From: Trichoplax adhaerens
Lineage: Eukaryota > Animalia > Placozoa
DNA: 64,000 bases
Direction: 5' to 3'
Assembly (NCBI RefSeq): GCF_000150275.1
Contig: NW_002060945.1
Location: 4,885,397 to 4,949,396, forward strand
The translations under genes were made by a program, and so were the position numbers. Positions 30,943-43,026 of the stretch are shown piece after piece. The notes beneath the pieces are model-generated. The model was given only the letters and a program-made list of their open reading frames with translations, had not been told where the DNA came from and searched no databases. Each line of letters begins with the position of its first letter. Positions within the stretch are counted from its first letter, which is position 1.

Positions 30943-33900
30943 ATGAATTCCAACGAACAGCCTATCGAGGGTGAAATTAACGTCATTGGTAATTAAATAA
31001 ATATTCGAAAACGAATAAAGCTCACAGTATTGGAGTTATAGAGACAACGATATGGATCTACTTGTAAATATTCAGAAAAATAACAATCAAAGCCAACGCA
31101 TACGATCAGTATTAGATTGCCATAATGTTTATTCTAATCTTTTTTGTCAATCTCATGCTTGCACGTTGACTTGCTTCTGAAAGTCTAGTTTATTTAATAA
31201 GCTAATATTACTATTTTCTTTCATCACTATACTACCCATCTTACAAAAAGTTTATTGCGGGAAAGATTTATTATCGAAGAAAACCGGTAAGCTGACTATA
31301 ATCACAATTTTATCTCATTTGTTAAAGCTGCCAACGTGTAATGTATATATACACCACATGTAAGCAATTGATAAAAACGCTTTTAAGAGGGGATACCAGA
31401 TACGATATAATACCGATGTTCTCGTATTTGACTCCACTTTAATGCACGTGGTAGATCATGCTTGTACTATTGATATTTACTTTTACTTAAGCTTAAATTC
31501 ATCCTTGCATATAGTGATAATAGTGTCGTCTTTATTTACATAAATGCTCCATTCGGTGGCATTATAGACTCCAAATACTCGGTGGTTTTTGGCGTAGGTA
31601 AAAAGAAATGTAAAACTCAATCAATAAATTCAGACATTCCAGTATGGAATGAGGAAGCTTCCTTGTAAGTAATACAATATTAACTGTATAGATTATGGCA
31701 CGAATAAAGTGTAGCATAAAGACGCGAAAATGCGTATGAACAAACTTAAAAATAGTTCAATTTTTTTTTTCTAGTAAAATCTCTGCACTAAACTCTAACC
31801 TACAATTTATTGCACTATGCATTGCGAACAAATTCGCAAACATCTGCGTCATAGACATAAAAGAAACAAAAGATATTCGAAATTCTGCACTTTCTTGCAA
31901 TAGTACTGCAAGCAAACTTAATTACCAATCAGATGTAGTTGATTGATGTTGTCATCACAAAATGGATCAACGTAAAACGGAAAATCTTATAGGCAAAGGA
32001 AATTTTTAGCTCCATTAAATCTTACATATAACGCCTGCTATCTGTACGAAAATAACAATAGAAGAAATGATAAAATAAGTATATAATTACAACAATTATG
32101 TATTTCAATCATTTGACCATTAAAGATCGAACACAGTAGAATGCTAAGATTGAAGCTTTGCGGAGTCCTTTGCTCAATTAAGGTCGTATGAGAGTAACTC
32201 CACCATAAAAATCTTTTTTCTGACTTCTTAACCAATTAATTAGCTATACAAGGAGTATAATCGAGCTTTAAATAATTACATCATAGCACAAATGCAGTAA
32301 GTTTAAACTGAAAATAGGATAGTAGTCCTAAAACCTACTTTAGATAAGCTATTATTTGCTTTTAAAGAAAATACCTATATTTCATTACTTTCCGCATAAA
32401 CGCTTGTATGAAATATAGATCAGTCCATAGTTATTGTTATCAATCAATCTGAAATGAAAATTTTCCACGAAAAATTCAATATTCGTAGATATGGAATATC
32501 GCATTCTGGCGTTATTGTGACACCGACATTATTATAGCATGGTATTAGTCCTAATTTTCATTTTTCATACTCTATAGAGAGAAGTTGATTGTTTCTTAAA
32601 CTTCTGAATGCGGTAGACTATTACTAGTAACAATTGACTAGCTTATTCAGATCACACATTAAATCGTTTGTGGATAACTGTACACATGTCGTGGTAACAC
32701 TTCTCCTCTAAAAATTGAAACTATATGAATCAATTTCGCTACTACGATTGCAGCTAGAGATCTTCTATTATGGTCTATAATGGTCAATAACATACTCGTA
32801 AACAAAAATTAATTATAGCTCAATTTAAGACGGAAATAACCACTATATGATGCTATCTGTCTAAAAATAGTGCCATCAATGGCATACTTGGTCATAGAAA
32901 GTTGAATCAGTTTCAATTATGTCAATATTGTGAACTGTAAAAATCAATCAGTATAGCTTAAAGTTTTAGAATGAAATAACTACTATACCTTCAACTCTCC
33001 AAACTAACAGTACCAATAGTATACCATGCTTGGAAATTAATTGAAGTTGAAATTGAAAGTTATTTAGCTTTCTGAGCATGGTATACCATTGGTAGTATCG
33101 CTAACTTATGCGAACTACGTATAAAGTAATGATTTCTTTCTAAAATTTTAAACTAGGCGACAAATTTTATTTGTTTACTATATCAACCAATTGAATGTTG
33201 AAATTGAAAGCTACTCAACCTTCTAACCATGATATACCAAATTACCAATAGTCGAATCAATTTAGGATATTGCAAATATTCAACGGTAACTATTTTTGCT
33301 AACGTTTAGAGCCTCAGTAATCAATTTTTGCAAGTTTAATATATCAAGTAGTGGCTACTAATTAATTAATATAATCGAGAGTTAAAATTAGAAGCTCTTT
33401 AATCCACTAAGAGTGGTATGCTATTCGTTTAGCTTTGAAAATTGCATATGTAGCAGAAGTAGGTTCTATTTAAAAATTTGAGCTACACCGAATAATTTTC
33501 GTTATCTTCTGAATGAGCTACGAGGAAATTTCCCCTATTCAGTAGCTATTCAAAATATGAAGATGTACATACCAACAATTATATCAAACTAAAGTACATT
33601 TTCGTGTTCCTATAATGCTGCTGTTAAAATTTAGATTGCAACTTATTAAATAACGAATGTTTGATAATGCTAACTCTACACATATACAATATCTCGAAAT
33701 GTCGGTAGTATGCTTTATTTACGAGCTTTCTGTGCCTTATTTTATTCTATGTAGTTTTGTCAATGAACGGCATCATCACATCAAATTATCGTTAAGAGAT
33801 AAAGACGAAAAAATCGGTTATGTTTTACTTGATTCTTGCGATTTGCAATCACGTCAAAAAAGCAAAGGTCGATGGTACAATATCAAATCTACCAAGAATA

Positions 33901-35287
33901 ATGCTGTGATTATTGGCAAATTATATATCCATGCCTATCATGTGAATCCAATGAATGTGTCTCATTCCAATGAAGATAAAACGAATACCAAAAAATCAAA
34001 ATTAAACATATTTAATGTTAAATTTCGCCGTAGTTTTTCTAATTTATCTAAAGGCCCTTCCAGTGACTTATCAACTATTAATGATGCTAATCAATCAAAT
34101 TCTGCAAACAGTATCATCAGAAAACCGACACAGTCAACAAGTACGAAATCTAAGAATAGAAGATTAAGTGAGCCAATTGCTATTTCGGCCCGCAATAACT
34201 TTGCAGCTCTCTCATCTAGTAATAATAAAGGTAGTGATATTGAATCAAGTACTGACAGTAATACCAGCAATCAATCCAGTTCAGAAACAACAAATGATGG
34301 TAGCAATCATAGTCCAGCCAATCATGGATCAACAAAGAATAATATAATGAATGTTATGAGTGCTAGGTTAGCTTCTACTGCGATCAAAAATCAAAATCAA
34401 CTTACATCAAATGGTGTTATAAATCACATCTCACTGGAAAAAAACCAGCAAGAAAGGGTTCCTCACTTAAGAGCAGCTTCCTATATTGGAGATGAAAAAT
34501 ATCCGTTTACATTACACGATGGTACGTATTTAAAATTGTACTCGTACAATTTTCAAATCGTTGCAAAGATACATTTAGATACGAGTAAAGAACCAAGCAA
34601 TCTTATTTAAGTTACTGTTACCATTAAATTATAAAAGTAAAATATTCAACTAGATATAGGTTGAGATAACTTCCGTACCACAACATAAAATATATAAGTA
34701 GAAATGAACAACTTATAAAAAGTAATTTATAGCCATATAATAAAGCATCACTATGAAACGCTATCATTATCTAAACTTATAATCTGAAAAGAGTATTTAA
34801 TTACTTTTAGAGTATTGGAGCGCAACAGTTGAACACTATAGACGATTGGTTTCTGATCTACAAGAGCGAATTCAAGGTATTTTCTCATAGATTATTCTTG
34901 TGTGTATTACTATACTTGTGTTATGAAATAGACTATTTAGCAGCGTATGATATTAATACGAATTATCGCGCCTACAGAGTATTAAAATGTTCGAGATCAT
35001 CTATTTAAATTAGTTAAATGTGTTTTTCAGTATTATTTCTTTTACAGAAATAAATTGTGTTAGATTTAAGTTATTTAAAATTAAATTTACACAAATTATA
35101 TCACATTTGCTTCCTACTAACTTTTAAATTTTTGAATAAAGAATTAACTGATCAAAATAAAATTCTTGTCGGGAAATATCAAGATCTTTGTCGAGAATGT
35201 ACCACACAGTTAGATTATATTCAGCGCTTGGTTAACATATTGATGAAAGTTGATCCAGATGAATTGGAGAAAATGATGCCATGCTAG
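30943..35287 (+). CDS. Class I Rab11 family-interacting protein-like (N-terminal C2, Ser/Asn-rich linker, C-terminal coiled coil/FIP-RBD); exons 30943-30988, 31251-31286, 31568-31664, 33755-34521, 34811-34876, 35142-35287
   Basis: Spliced N-terminus GEINVIVYCGKDLLSKKTDSKYSVVFGVGKKKCKT..PVWNEEASF (C2); C-terminal LDYIQRLVNILMKVDPDEL resembles the FIP-RBD consensus YID.LL.RVME..P.IL; all junction phases are consistent. Confidence 0.7.
32880..33239. repeat. Imperfect ~360-bp inverted repeat (foldback/MITE-like) in intron 3 of the FIP-like gene
   Basis: 33011-33036 matches the reverse complement of 33069-33094 at 23/26; outer arm pairs about 32953-32988 with 33120-33157 and about 32880-32918 with 33202-33239; internal direct repeat 33040-33088 vs 33189-33239. 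Confidence 0.7.
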
Positions 35288-35460
35288 CATTAATCGTACA
35301 AGGATGGTTAATACATTGATAAAAGTCGATCCAGATGAGTTAAAGAAAATAATTCCAACTAACATTAATACAGTGAGAATCGCTCAATCCATTGATAGAA
35401 TTTGATTCTAGATGAACGAAAGGAAATTATACTATGCTAACATTAATAATATAATGGGTT
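35231..35460 (+). repeat. Three degenerate tandem copies (76-bp period) of the end of the last FIP-like exon
   Basis: gatccagatga at 35252 and 35328, gattctagatga at 35404; each is followed by a ..cta(g/a)cattaat motif. Confidence 0.85.
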
Positions 35461-36538
35461 AGAAAGAATTGCTACTAAACATGTAAAGATCTACATCGTT
35501 TATTTCTATTACTTAAAAATCTGCTATAAAATCTAGCCATTGTCACTATAAATAATTTCAGCGTAATTTAGTATAACATAATATAACTTTAAGATTATTC
35601 ATTATCCTTAATCTGCTGATAGATTGCCGTATCTTATGCGGCAAGATATACTGTATTAAATGCAAATGTTTTATTTTAATGGTGTAAATTTCCTCTTTGG
35701 TTTAGGATATTACCATTAAGTTTTACTACTTGCTAAATCGTTTAAGGTTATTCCTTTATTATATAATACTCGTATACTTGCACTGAGTATTGTATTGTAT
35801 GGAGCATAATTGCTCCTAATGATCTTATCTCAGTTATCTAATATCATCAATTTGCTTTACTGTTTACGTGATTATCGAATGTATAACTATCTGTTCATTT
35901 GTTTATTTATGATTAATAAACTTAATTGCGTCAAAAAGTAAAGAGAGTGTTAGTACATTGCCTAATACAATAGAGATGTACTCAGAATAGCATAGATGGG
36001 ATTTTAATAAGCATACGTTTATTATTTTTATTAAAAAAACTAGAGCATTCATTCTATTAGCAGTACTGAGACTCAGTCAAAGATGAGGTATCTCTTCAAT
36101 ATCGTATTTCTTTCGCTATGAGTTATGACGAAAATTAATTTAAATTTGATCTCGTATACGAAATTTCTATAAAAATAAATTACAAGGCAGATAATTCGAA
36201 AGAATATCTTAGTTAGCCATATATCATTTTACTTCGAAGGTCTTTTAAGAATGCTTCTTTATAACAATTCATACGACTACTTGTATGGTACTTAATACGC
36301 TCTGCTATCGATTATTACAATTTTGATCATATAGTAGTAAGAGTTTTCGGTGGTTTGCACTTAGTAAAGGATGACACAGAATAAGATTTCTTACAAATAA
36401 ATCTGTCACAATCACATAAAAGTATTACGTATTAATGGAAGGTGTAATTTTCATTCAATAGTAAACTCTTATTATTTAAGAAAGGCATGCAGTTCTCGCC
36501 AACAGTATTTAAATAAGCTCTAAGAAGTGGATCATGCA

Positions 36539-39500
36539 TTATGCTGGTGTCAATTTCACCATAACTACGCCGTCGACGTTGACAGGATGACTAAAGTGAT
36601 TTTCATATTTGCCAAGAGTTTTATTTGCAAAGAGATCTTTAACCATTGCAACTTTATGAGTCCATCCGAGCTAATATGAATAGAGATAAAAAAATTAGAC
36701 AGTAGGTTTAGTACAGGATAAGATTTAACCTTTTTCAACTCTCTATATTGTAGACATAAACTTGTATTCTAACTAACCATAGAATAATCAACAGAGAGTA
36801 CTTGAGGAGTTCCTTGAACATTTCTGTTGAATAATACTACAGCCGTTGTCACATCCGATAGATTTTTCATCCATACTTCATAATTGTTTTTTTTCTAAAC
36901 CAATAAAAGCTAGTTATTTATACAATCTTTTATTGAAGTTCATTCAAATTTATCACGTGCACGTACATAAACAATTCTTTTTCCCATTAATCCAAGTTTA
37001 TCCTGATTGACAGCGATAACTTCTCTATAACATTCCATATATATTGATGTCAAATCGTTAGAATAGTGACTTGACAATAGAACAAATTCACGATTTCTAC
37101 AATGACCTATTTTGGAGAATGTCTTTAGCCCAAGTAGGAATTTTTCTTAGATCGTTGGACATATAGAGAGGCTAGTGAGAATTATTTATATTCACTATTA
37201 GTCATATTCTAAGTACCTTCTTATATATATATATTATTGCAGATAATGCTTACAGCTCCAAAGATACTCCATAAAGCAAACTGACTTTTAGACTGTTCGT
37301 AGCTTAAAGAAAAGTCTCCAACAATTAACTTGTAAATAAAAATGTATTAAAAGTCAGCATAAATAGAATGGTGAATAGACTACTAAACGTATCACAATGT
37401 AGAGAAAAGTTCGTTTTTATAAAAGAAATAGTAATACAAGCTCATTATCCACTCAAGTGCAACGTAGTCTTTGAAGTTTTATGTATCTATATACCTGATC
37501 AGGATCATTCCAATGACCCGGTCCTTGAGCTGCACTTAATACTTTATTGTTATTACCATAAAAATCAACGATACTTAGTATGCTATCCCAGGAGTCCTAG
37601 AATTGATATTGTAAATAAAGTCTTTATTGTTAGCTGGGCAGAATGTCCCTCTTATACAACTTTTACCTGAATATCGCCATAATTCCGCCAAAGATTACAA
37701 GCTTTCGCAATAATGGTATAATTAACCTACAGAGTTTAACGATTGTTAGCAGGTTAAATACAGAGGCACTAATGTCATACACAATATTCTACTTTACTTG
37801 CTTGTTTATAATCTATACTTCGTCATTACTCAGCATAGTAATGTACCTTTGATGGATTTAGGTAAGCAGGCCAACTGCAAGAGTAGAGGATTGGACGTCC
37901 AGTTTTATTTAAATAATGACCCATTGCAGGATAACCCTTTTTATAATCGGAAGTATTACTGTTACATCCATCTAGCTTCAAAGAGTCAACCTTCCAATTA
38001 GCGAATGTCTAATAAAAAGAAATAGCGTGATATCCTTTAGTTGAAAACTAAGAAATAAAAACATGAGAGTGCCGTAGGAGGGAACTCAAATACGTATACG
38101 GTATCACTTTGTTCGCTCTAGCCTGGTATATACCAAATGAAAATATTTATGAACATACTTCCGCATCTGTTTGTAAATGAAATTCACTACCAGGGTAACC
38201 ACCACAAGTTTTTGTGCCAAAATCTGCGAATACAAAGAGGCATAGTTAACCTACTGTAGTGATCATCTAATCACGAGTATTAGTTTACTGTCAGTCTCAA
38301 TAATTAATAATCAGTTAATCATCTACGACTTACCGCCATAGATTCCTAATTTTAAGCCTCTTTTATGCATCTGTCAATTATTGTATAGGTATAGCAATTA
38401 ATCAAGAGAGAATATTTAACTTGTTCCAGTATTCTTTACATGAAATTAAGTTTAATTGCGTATCAGTCTACTGTGTTTATGGACTGCATAGCTTTCAAAT
38501 AACAAATATAAAAAATGTAAAAGTTCTTTCACTAACATATTCAGCTAAATATTTGATCCCTTTGGGGAACCTCTCTTTATCTGCATATAATCGGCCATTT
38601 TTATTTCTTTTCTTAGCCATCCAGCAATCCTTTAAAATGTATCAACAAATCCATTTCTTTATTATTATTTTGTCGTAAATACAGTATCCAATGAATACTG
38701 CACTGTAGTTAGGTAAATGGATGAAAGGATAAAATGTCGTTGTAAGCAAAGTCTAACAGTCTTTGATTTTGGTATTAACAGAGTTTATTTTCCTTACATC
38801 TACATTGATGTAGTTGTAGCCGACATCACGATATCCATCCTTGGCTAAGTGATCGGCCATATCAGTAAATAGCTTTTGACTTTGATCGTGAATATAAATT
38901 AATTACAAGGTACGTACATAGATTAGATCAATGGTAAGATTGATGCAAAGTTGATAAACAATGTGTTATATGATAAGCAAGCACATAAAATAGACTACAA
39001 GTAAATGAGTAAGCTCTACGATTAGTATGACTGTTAGCCAAGAGTATCTTGCATAAGCTTACCATGGTCAAGTAGATAGTAGGATAATTAATTATATCAG
39101 ATAAGAGTTCAACCATTGCAATGAATGACGTCAAAATAAAGTAATAGCAAACCTGATGCAATTGTCAGGATTATTCTTACAATCGATATTACAACGAAAT
39201 CTTTCCCAAGCTAGCCATCCCACTAAAGAAAATATCATTGTAATTGTAATATTTAAGACATTCTCATGGTTTTAATAAAGTTTCAAATATACTATAGAAA
39301 ATTATAATCATTATTTATCCACTAAGGTGAACAAGATCATAGAATTTCAGATTCTATACATCAAGTGGATTTGGGGGTTCAATTAAATCGATCCTGATAA
39401 GCCTTATTTACATTTTACTGTCTAATTGTCTATTTTCCTATACGATTACTTGGTGGTGTTAAGGCAAGACCATTATCCAGACCGTGCACATTAATAGTAT

Positions 39501-39552
39501 AAAGGAAGCCAATAACAACGCTGAATAGCAGAAGGACAAACTTTCGTGCCAT
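36539..39552 (-). CDS. NAGA: Alpha-N-acetylgalactosaminidase (GH27), about 14 exons; largely invisible in the ORF track
   Basis: Signal peptide, [61 protein letters not shown] (nucleophile), CSWPAY (NAGA-type Ser/Ala rather than GLA CEWPLY), [25 protein letters not shown]; stop at 36541-36539. Confidence 0.92.
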
Positions 39553-39677
39553 ACTTTGTTTCTTTAAGGAATACGATGGACTATTTGATTTAGAATTTGT
39601 TTTTAGGCAACCTTTTGCTTCGGAACTGGTATAAATGCCAGTAGAGCTTAAGCATAAACATTAGCTATCGCTTAACA

Positions 39678-39870
39678 TACTGTACAGTGCTGTACAGTAC
39701 TGTACTGTATACTAAAGTACAGTGTACAGTACAGTATACAGTACAGTATACAGTACAGTAGTACTGTACAGTACCGTGCTGTGTGGATTCTGTACTGTAC
39801 AGTGTACACTCTACAGTGTACAGTATACTGCTGTACTGTAGAACCTACTGTACTGTACTGTAGAGTACAG
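39678..39870. promoter_or_regulatory. (GTACW)n array in the ~510-bp bidirectional NAGA/MRPS11 intergenic region
   Basis: tactgtacagtgctgtacagtactgtactgtatac...cagtacagtatacagtacagtagtactgtacagtac. The regulatory role is inferred from position only. Confidence 0.6.
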
Positions 39871-40065
39871 TTATAATATTATATTTGGCATATTCAAAGT
39901 TTTTACACACGACCGTACTGCGAGAACCTGTTATACTGTGTACTATGAACTGTATCTGAAAAGGCACTGGACACATACTGTAGTAGTACAGATATCTACT
40001 AGACGCTATCCAGTAGTCTATGCACAAGGTACCACGACCGTTGTCAGCTGCAGCTCTGCGCCATC

Positions 40066-41896
40066 ATGGCATTGATTAATTTGGGTAAGATGCATGATGA
40101 CGATTTTAAACAAATTAAATTTCACTGGTTGTTTAGCTTGAGCAATACTTAATAGGTACTTTGAATCAACTGTAATATCCAACTCCTACAGTTTTATAAT
40201 CTTTAAGTCAAGATTGCAACAAAGCAGTAGGCAAGGTGCCTTTACGATCCAGCTCTTACTCTTACTGATGTCGGCTCTATAACTACAGTAGGTAGAAAAG
40301 CGACCACTAAGTAAGCTTTGGACAACCAATTTTCATTGACTTTCCATTATGATTGATGAATGGCGACGAATTGATACTCTCATAGTTCTATCAACAGTAC
40401 GAAAATACTATAAAAGTCGATAAAAATTGTACGAGTTGGATATTACTGTTGATCCGGTATTTTACACCAAGAATAAGCGATACTTGTTGGATATTGACAG
40501 CAATACGAGTATAGTGCAGCACATTGGTACTCTCATAAATTAATTGACCTAGTGAACACTAGGATATGTAGATGTCTAACCGAAATTGTTAAAAATTCTG
40601 TTTTCTTATGTTTGTTTTAGCATTTTGTCGTTGTAAGTGTGCAATTAGACTACCAATAACTTCAGCATTATTATTTACACGTGCTATGGTAGCGAGAAAT
40701 CTCACTCCTGTCAGGTTAGTTTCTAGTTTACAACAGATAAAAAGCTGATTAGCTGGATCCTTCATCACGCCTCGCAATGCCAACTACAAACTTATATACG
40801 TACTCGTATATATATACTTATCAATACCATTTAGAGCTTATAGTTCCCATCCGGATGTAGAAAGCTTGCAAATATTAGATCCAGAATTCAAAAATTTACC
40901 AATTGCTCATGTTAAAGCCAGTTATAATAATACCATTATAACGATAACAGATATGAAAGGTAATACTATAAATAAAGAGTGATTATAATTGAAAGATTAC
41001 TTGATTGAAAATGAATTCATTTGTAAAAATTGAATTACCTATAGGTAAAACCATTAACTGGGCCTCTGGGGTAAGATAGGCAACTGTAGATTAGCTTATA
41101 TTATATCACGTAGCTGTTACAACACAAATTACATTATTGTAATTCATTTTCTCACTTAATCTGAATATTTTTAAAACTGTCGTTATACTGTGAGCTAGTC
41201 AAACATGCGAATACGAATATTTTAATTCCTTTCTCACGCATCGCTTAACCCATCGATTGTTATTACCAATCGATTACTGAACTCAATTAGGGTACCGAAG
41301 GCTTCAAAAATGCAAAACGGAGTACTACTTATGCCGGTCAATCCGCTGGTGAAGCTGCTGCTAAGGTTAAAAAAACTTTTGAATTTATGAATACATATCA
41401 TTAATGTAACCTTACAAAATTGTAATGTGATGTTTATACTCAAAAAGCCTTCTGGACTTCTAACTTCGTTGCGCATACTTGTATTGCAATATAATAGAAA
41501 GCCATTAGAAAAGGAATTAATAAAGTGAGGGTTAAAGTCAAAGGAATGGGGCCTGGCCGTGAGGTACCACATTAAATTAATATAAAGTCTTATTTTCTAT
41601 CCTGAATTATTATAAGCTCAGAATGTAGTATCTTAAGCTAAGAATTTTATACTTTTTGATCGACCCGAAAGTTCGTAAGATCACGATTGCCTAAGCCTTA
41701 AGCTAATACAAGCATTTCTATTTTATATAACATGGTTGTCTTACCATACACAACTTCAACTTCTGCCGGACAAAATTGAACATTTCAGTCTTCCTTGCAA
41801 GGCTTACAAATGGGCGGACTAGAAGTTATATCAATCACGGATGTCACTCCCATTCCACATAATGGCTGTAGGCCTAAAAAAACTAGACGACTTTAA
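40066..41896 (+). CDS. MRPS11: Mitochondrial ribosomal protein S11 (uS11m); firm exons 40844-40959, 41045-41070, 41291-41365, 41498-41563, 41789-41896; probable 5' exons 40066-40084, about 40208-40226, 40649-40712
   Basis: [68 protein letters not shown]. The putative presequence [31 protein letters not shown] is less certain. Confidence 0.9.
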
Positions 41897-43026
41897 TTAA
41901 AATTACCAAGAATATTTACGATAAAATTTTTATTCGCGTTAGATTCAAACATGAGCTATACAGTATGCGTGCAATGTGTACCACTAAAACTTTCTATTAA
42001 TCATACTATTTCAATATCTATCTTGTAACACTCCTGTACATCAAAGATAGATACTTTATTTACGCTAAAATCTACTGTCACTCTTAATGCGAAAACGACA
42101 ACATGAAATTTATTTATTTCCAACAAAGTCTACTTTTAAGTATGTGAAAAATACATAGCAATAGTAGTTGTTGCTGGACGCTGCTACAATTTCACAATTG
42201 TTGTAATGAACGAATTGAATACTTCGTCTCTTTTTAGCTAACCCACATAATATGTTGTATGTTGGAACTGCAATCAGCTTTGTATCTTCCACAGTATTTG
42301 ATATTTTTATACCATTGAGGAAGAAGATAATGCTTAAACTATGCAAATGCTGCTGATTTAACAACAATATTTTAATGATTTGTACGTACTGTTTATGATA
42401 TTTTAATGAGCCTTGTTGATGTGTATTTTATATAATTTCAATTACTGAAATTATCAATAACTTCAATCTCATTCTTAAAATTTGACATAAATTTCTGTAT
42501 TGGTGTTGCTTATATTGTTAAGTACTGTATTTAGATATTATGGAAATAATTACTGATGAATCTGCAGTATATCAAGGCTTTCACGATCTGAAAGATGAAG
42601 CTTGTAGAAATAAAAAAGATCAACAACAAAGGTGTAATAATATTCTTACCAATGATATTTCAACTACTATAGCAGAAAATAATAAAATGACATTTTCATC
42701 ACCTATGCTGATTTATTATCACGACGAATAACTATTATTTAATTCCCTCACGTTCAGTTGCTGACGTCTTAAGCTAAATCACATTATAGTAATTACATAA
42801 TTCATAACAACAAGGCTGTTTCTCAGAAAGAAGCTATACCTGTCCATACATAATTGAACATAAAGTCATCTTCAAAACAAGGCATTAAAGTCCAACTACA
42901 ATAAAATATAATTCTATAAATAAAAATTGAATGATATACTGTAGTGCTAATAGTACTAAATAATTTTAAGTGATTAAAAGTACACGTTTGATTGTTATAT
43001 CACTCCATTTCATCAACTAAACTTCA

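Noticed and set aside
37368-39161. Short ORFs across the NAGA locus; likewise antisense ORFs over UGT, PDIA3 and CHD1
   Set aside because: They overlap well-supported exons on the other strand or frame and have no recognisable domains
39678-39870. GTAC as the plant/algal copper-response (SBP-box) element or a bacterial restriction-modification site
   Set aside because: SBP-domain factors are not known in animals, the flanking genes are unrelated to copper, and no R-M genes are present
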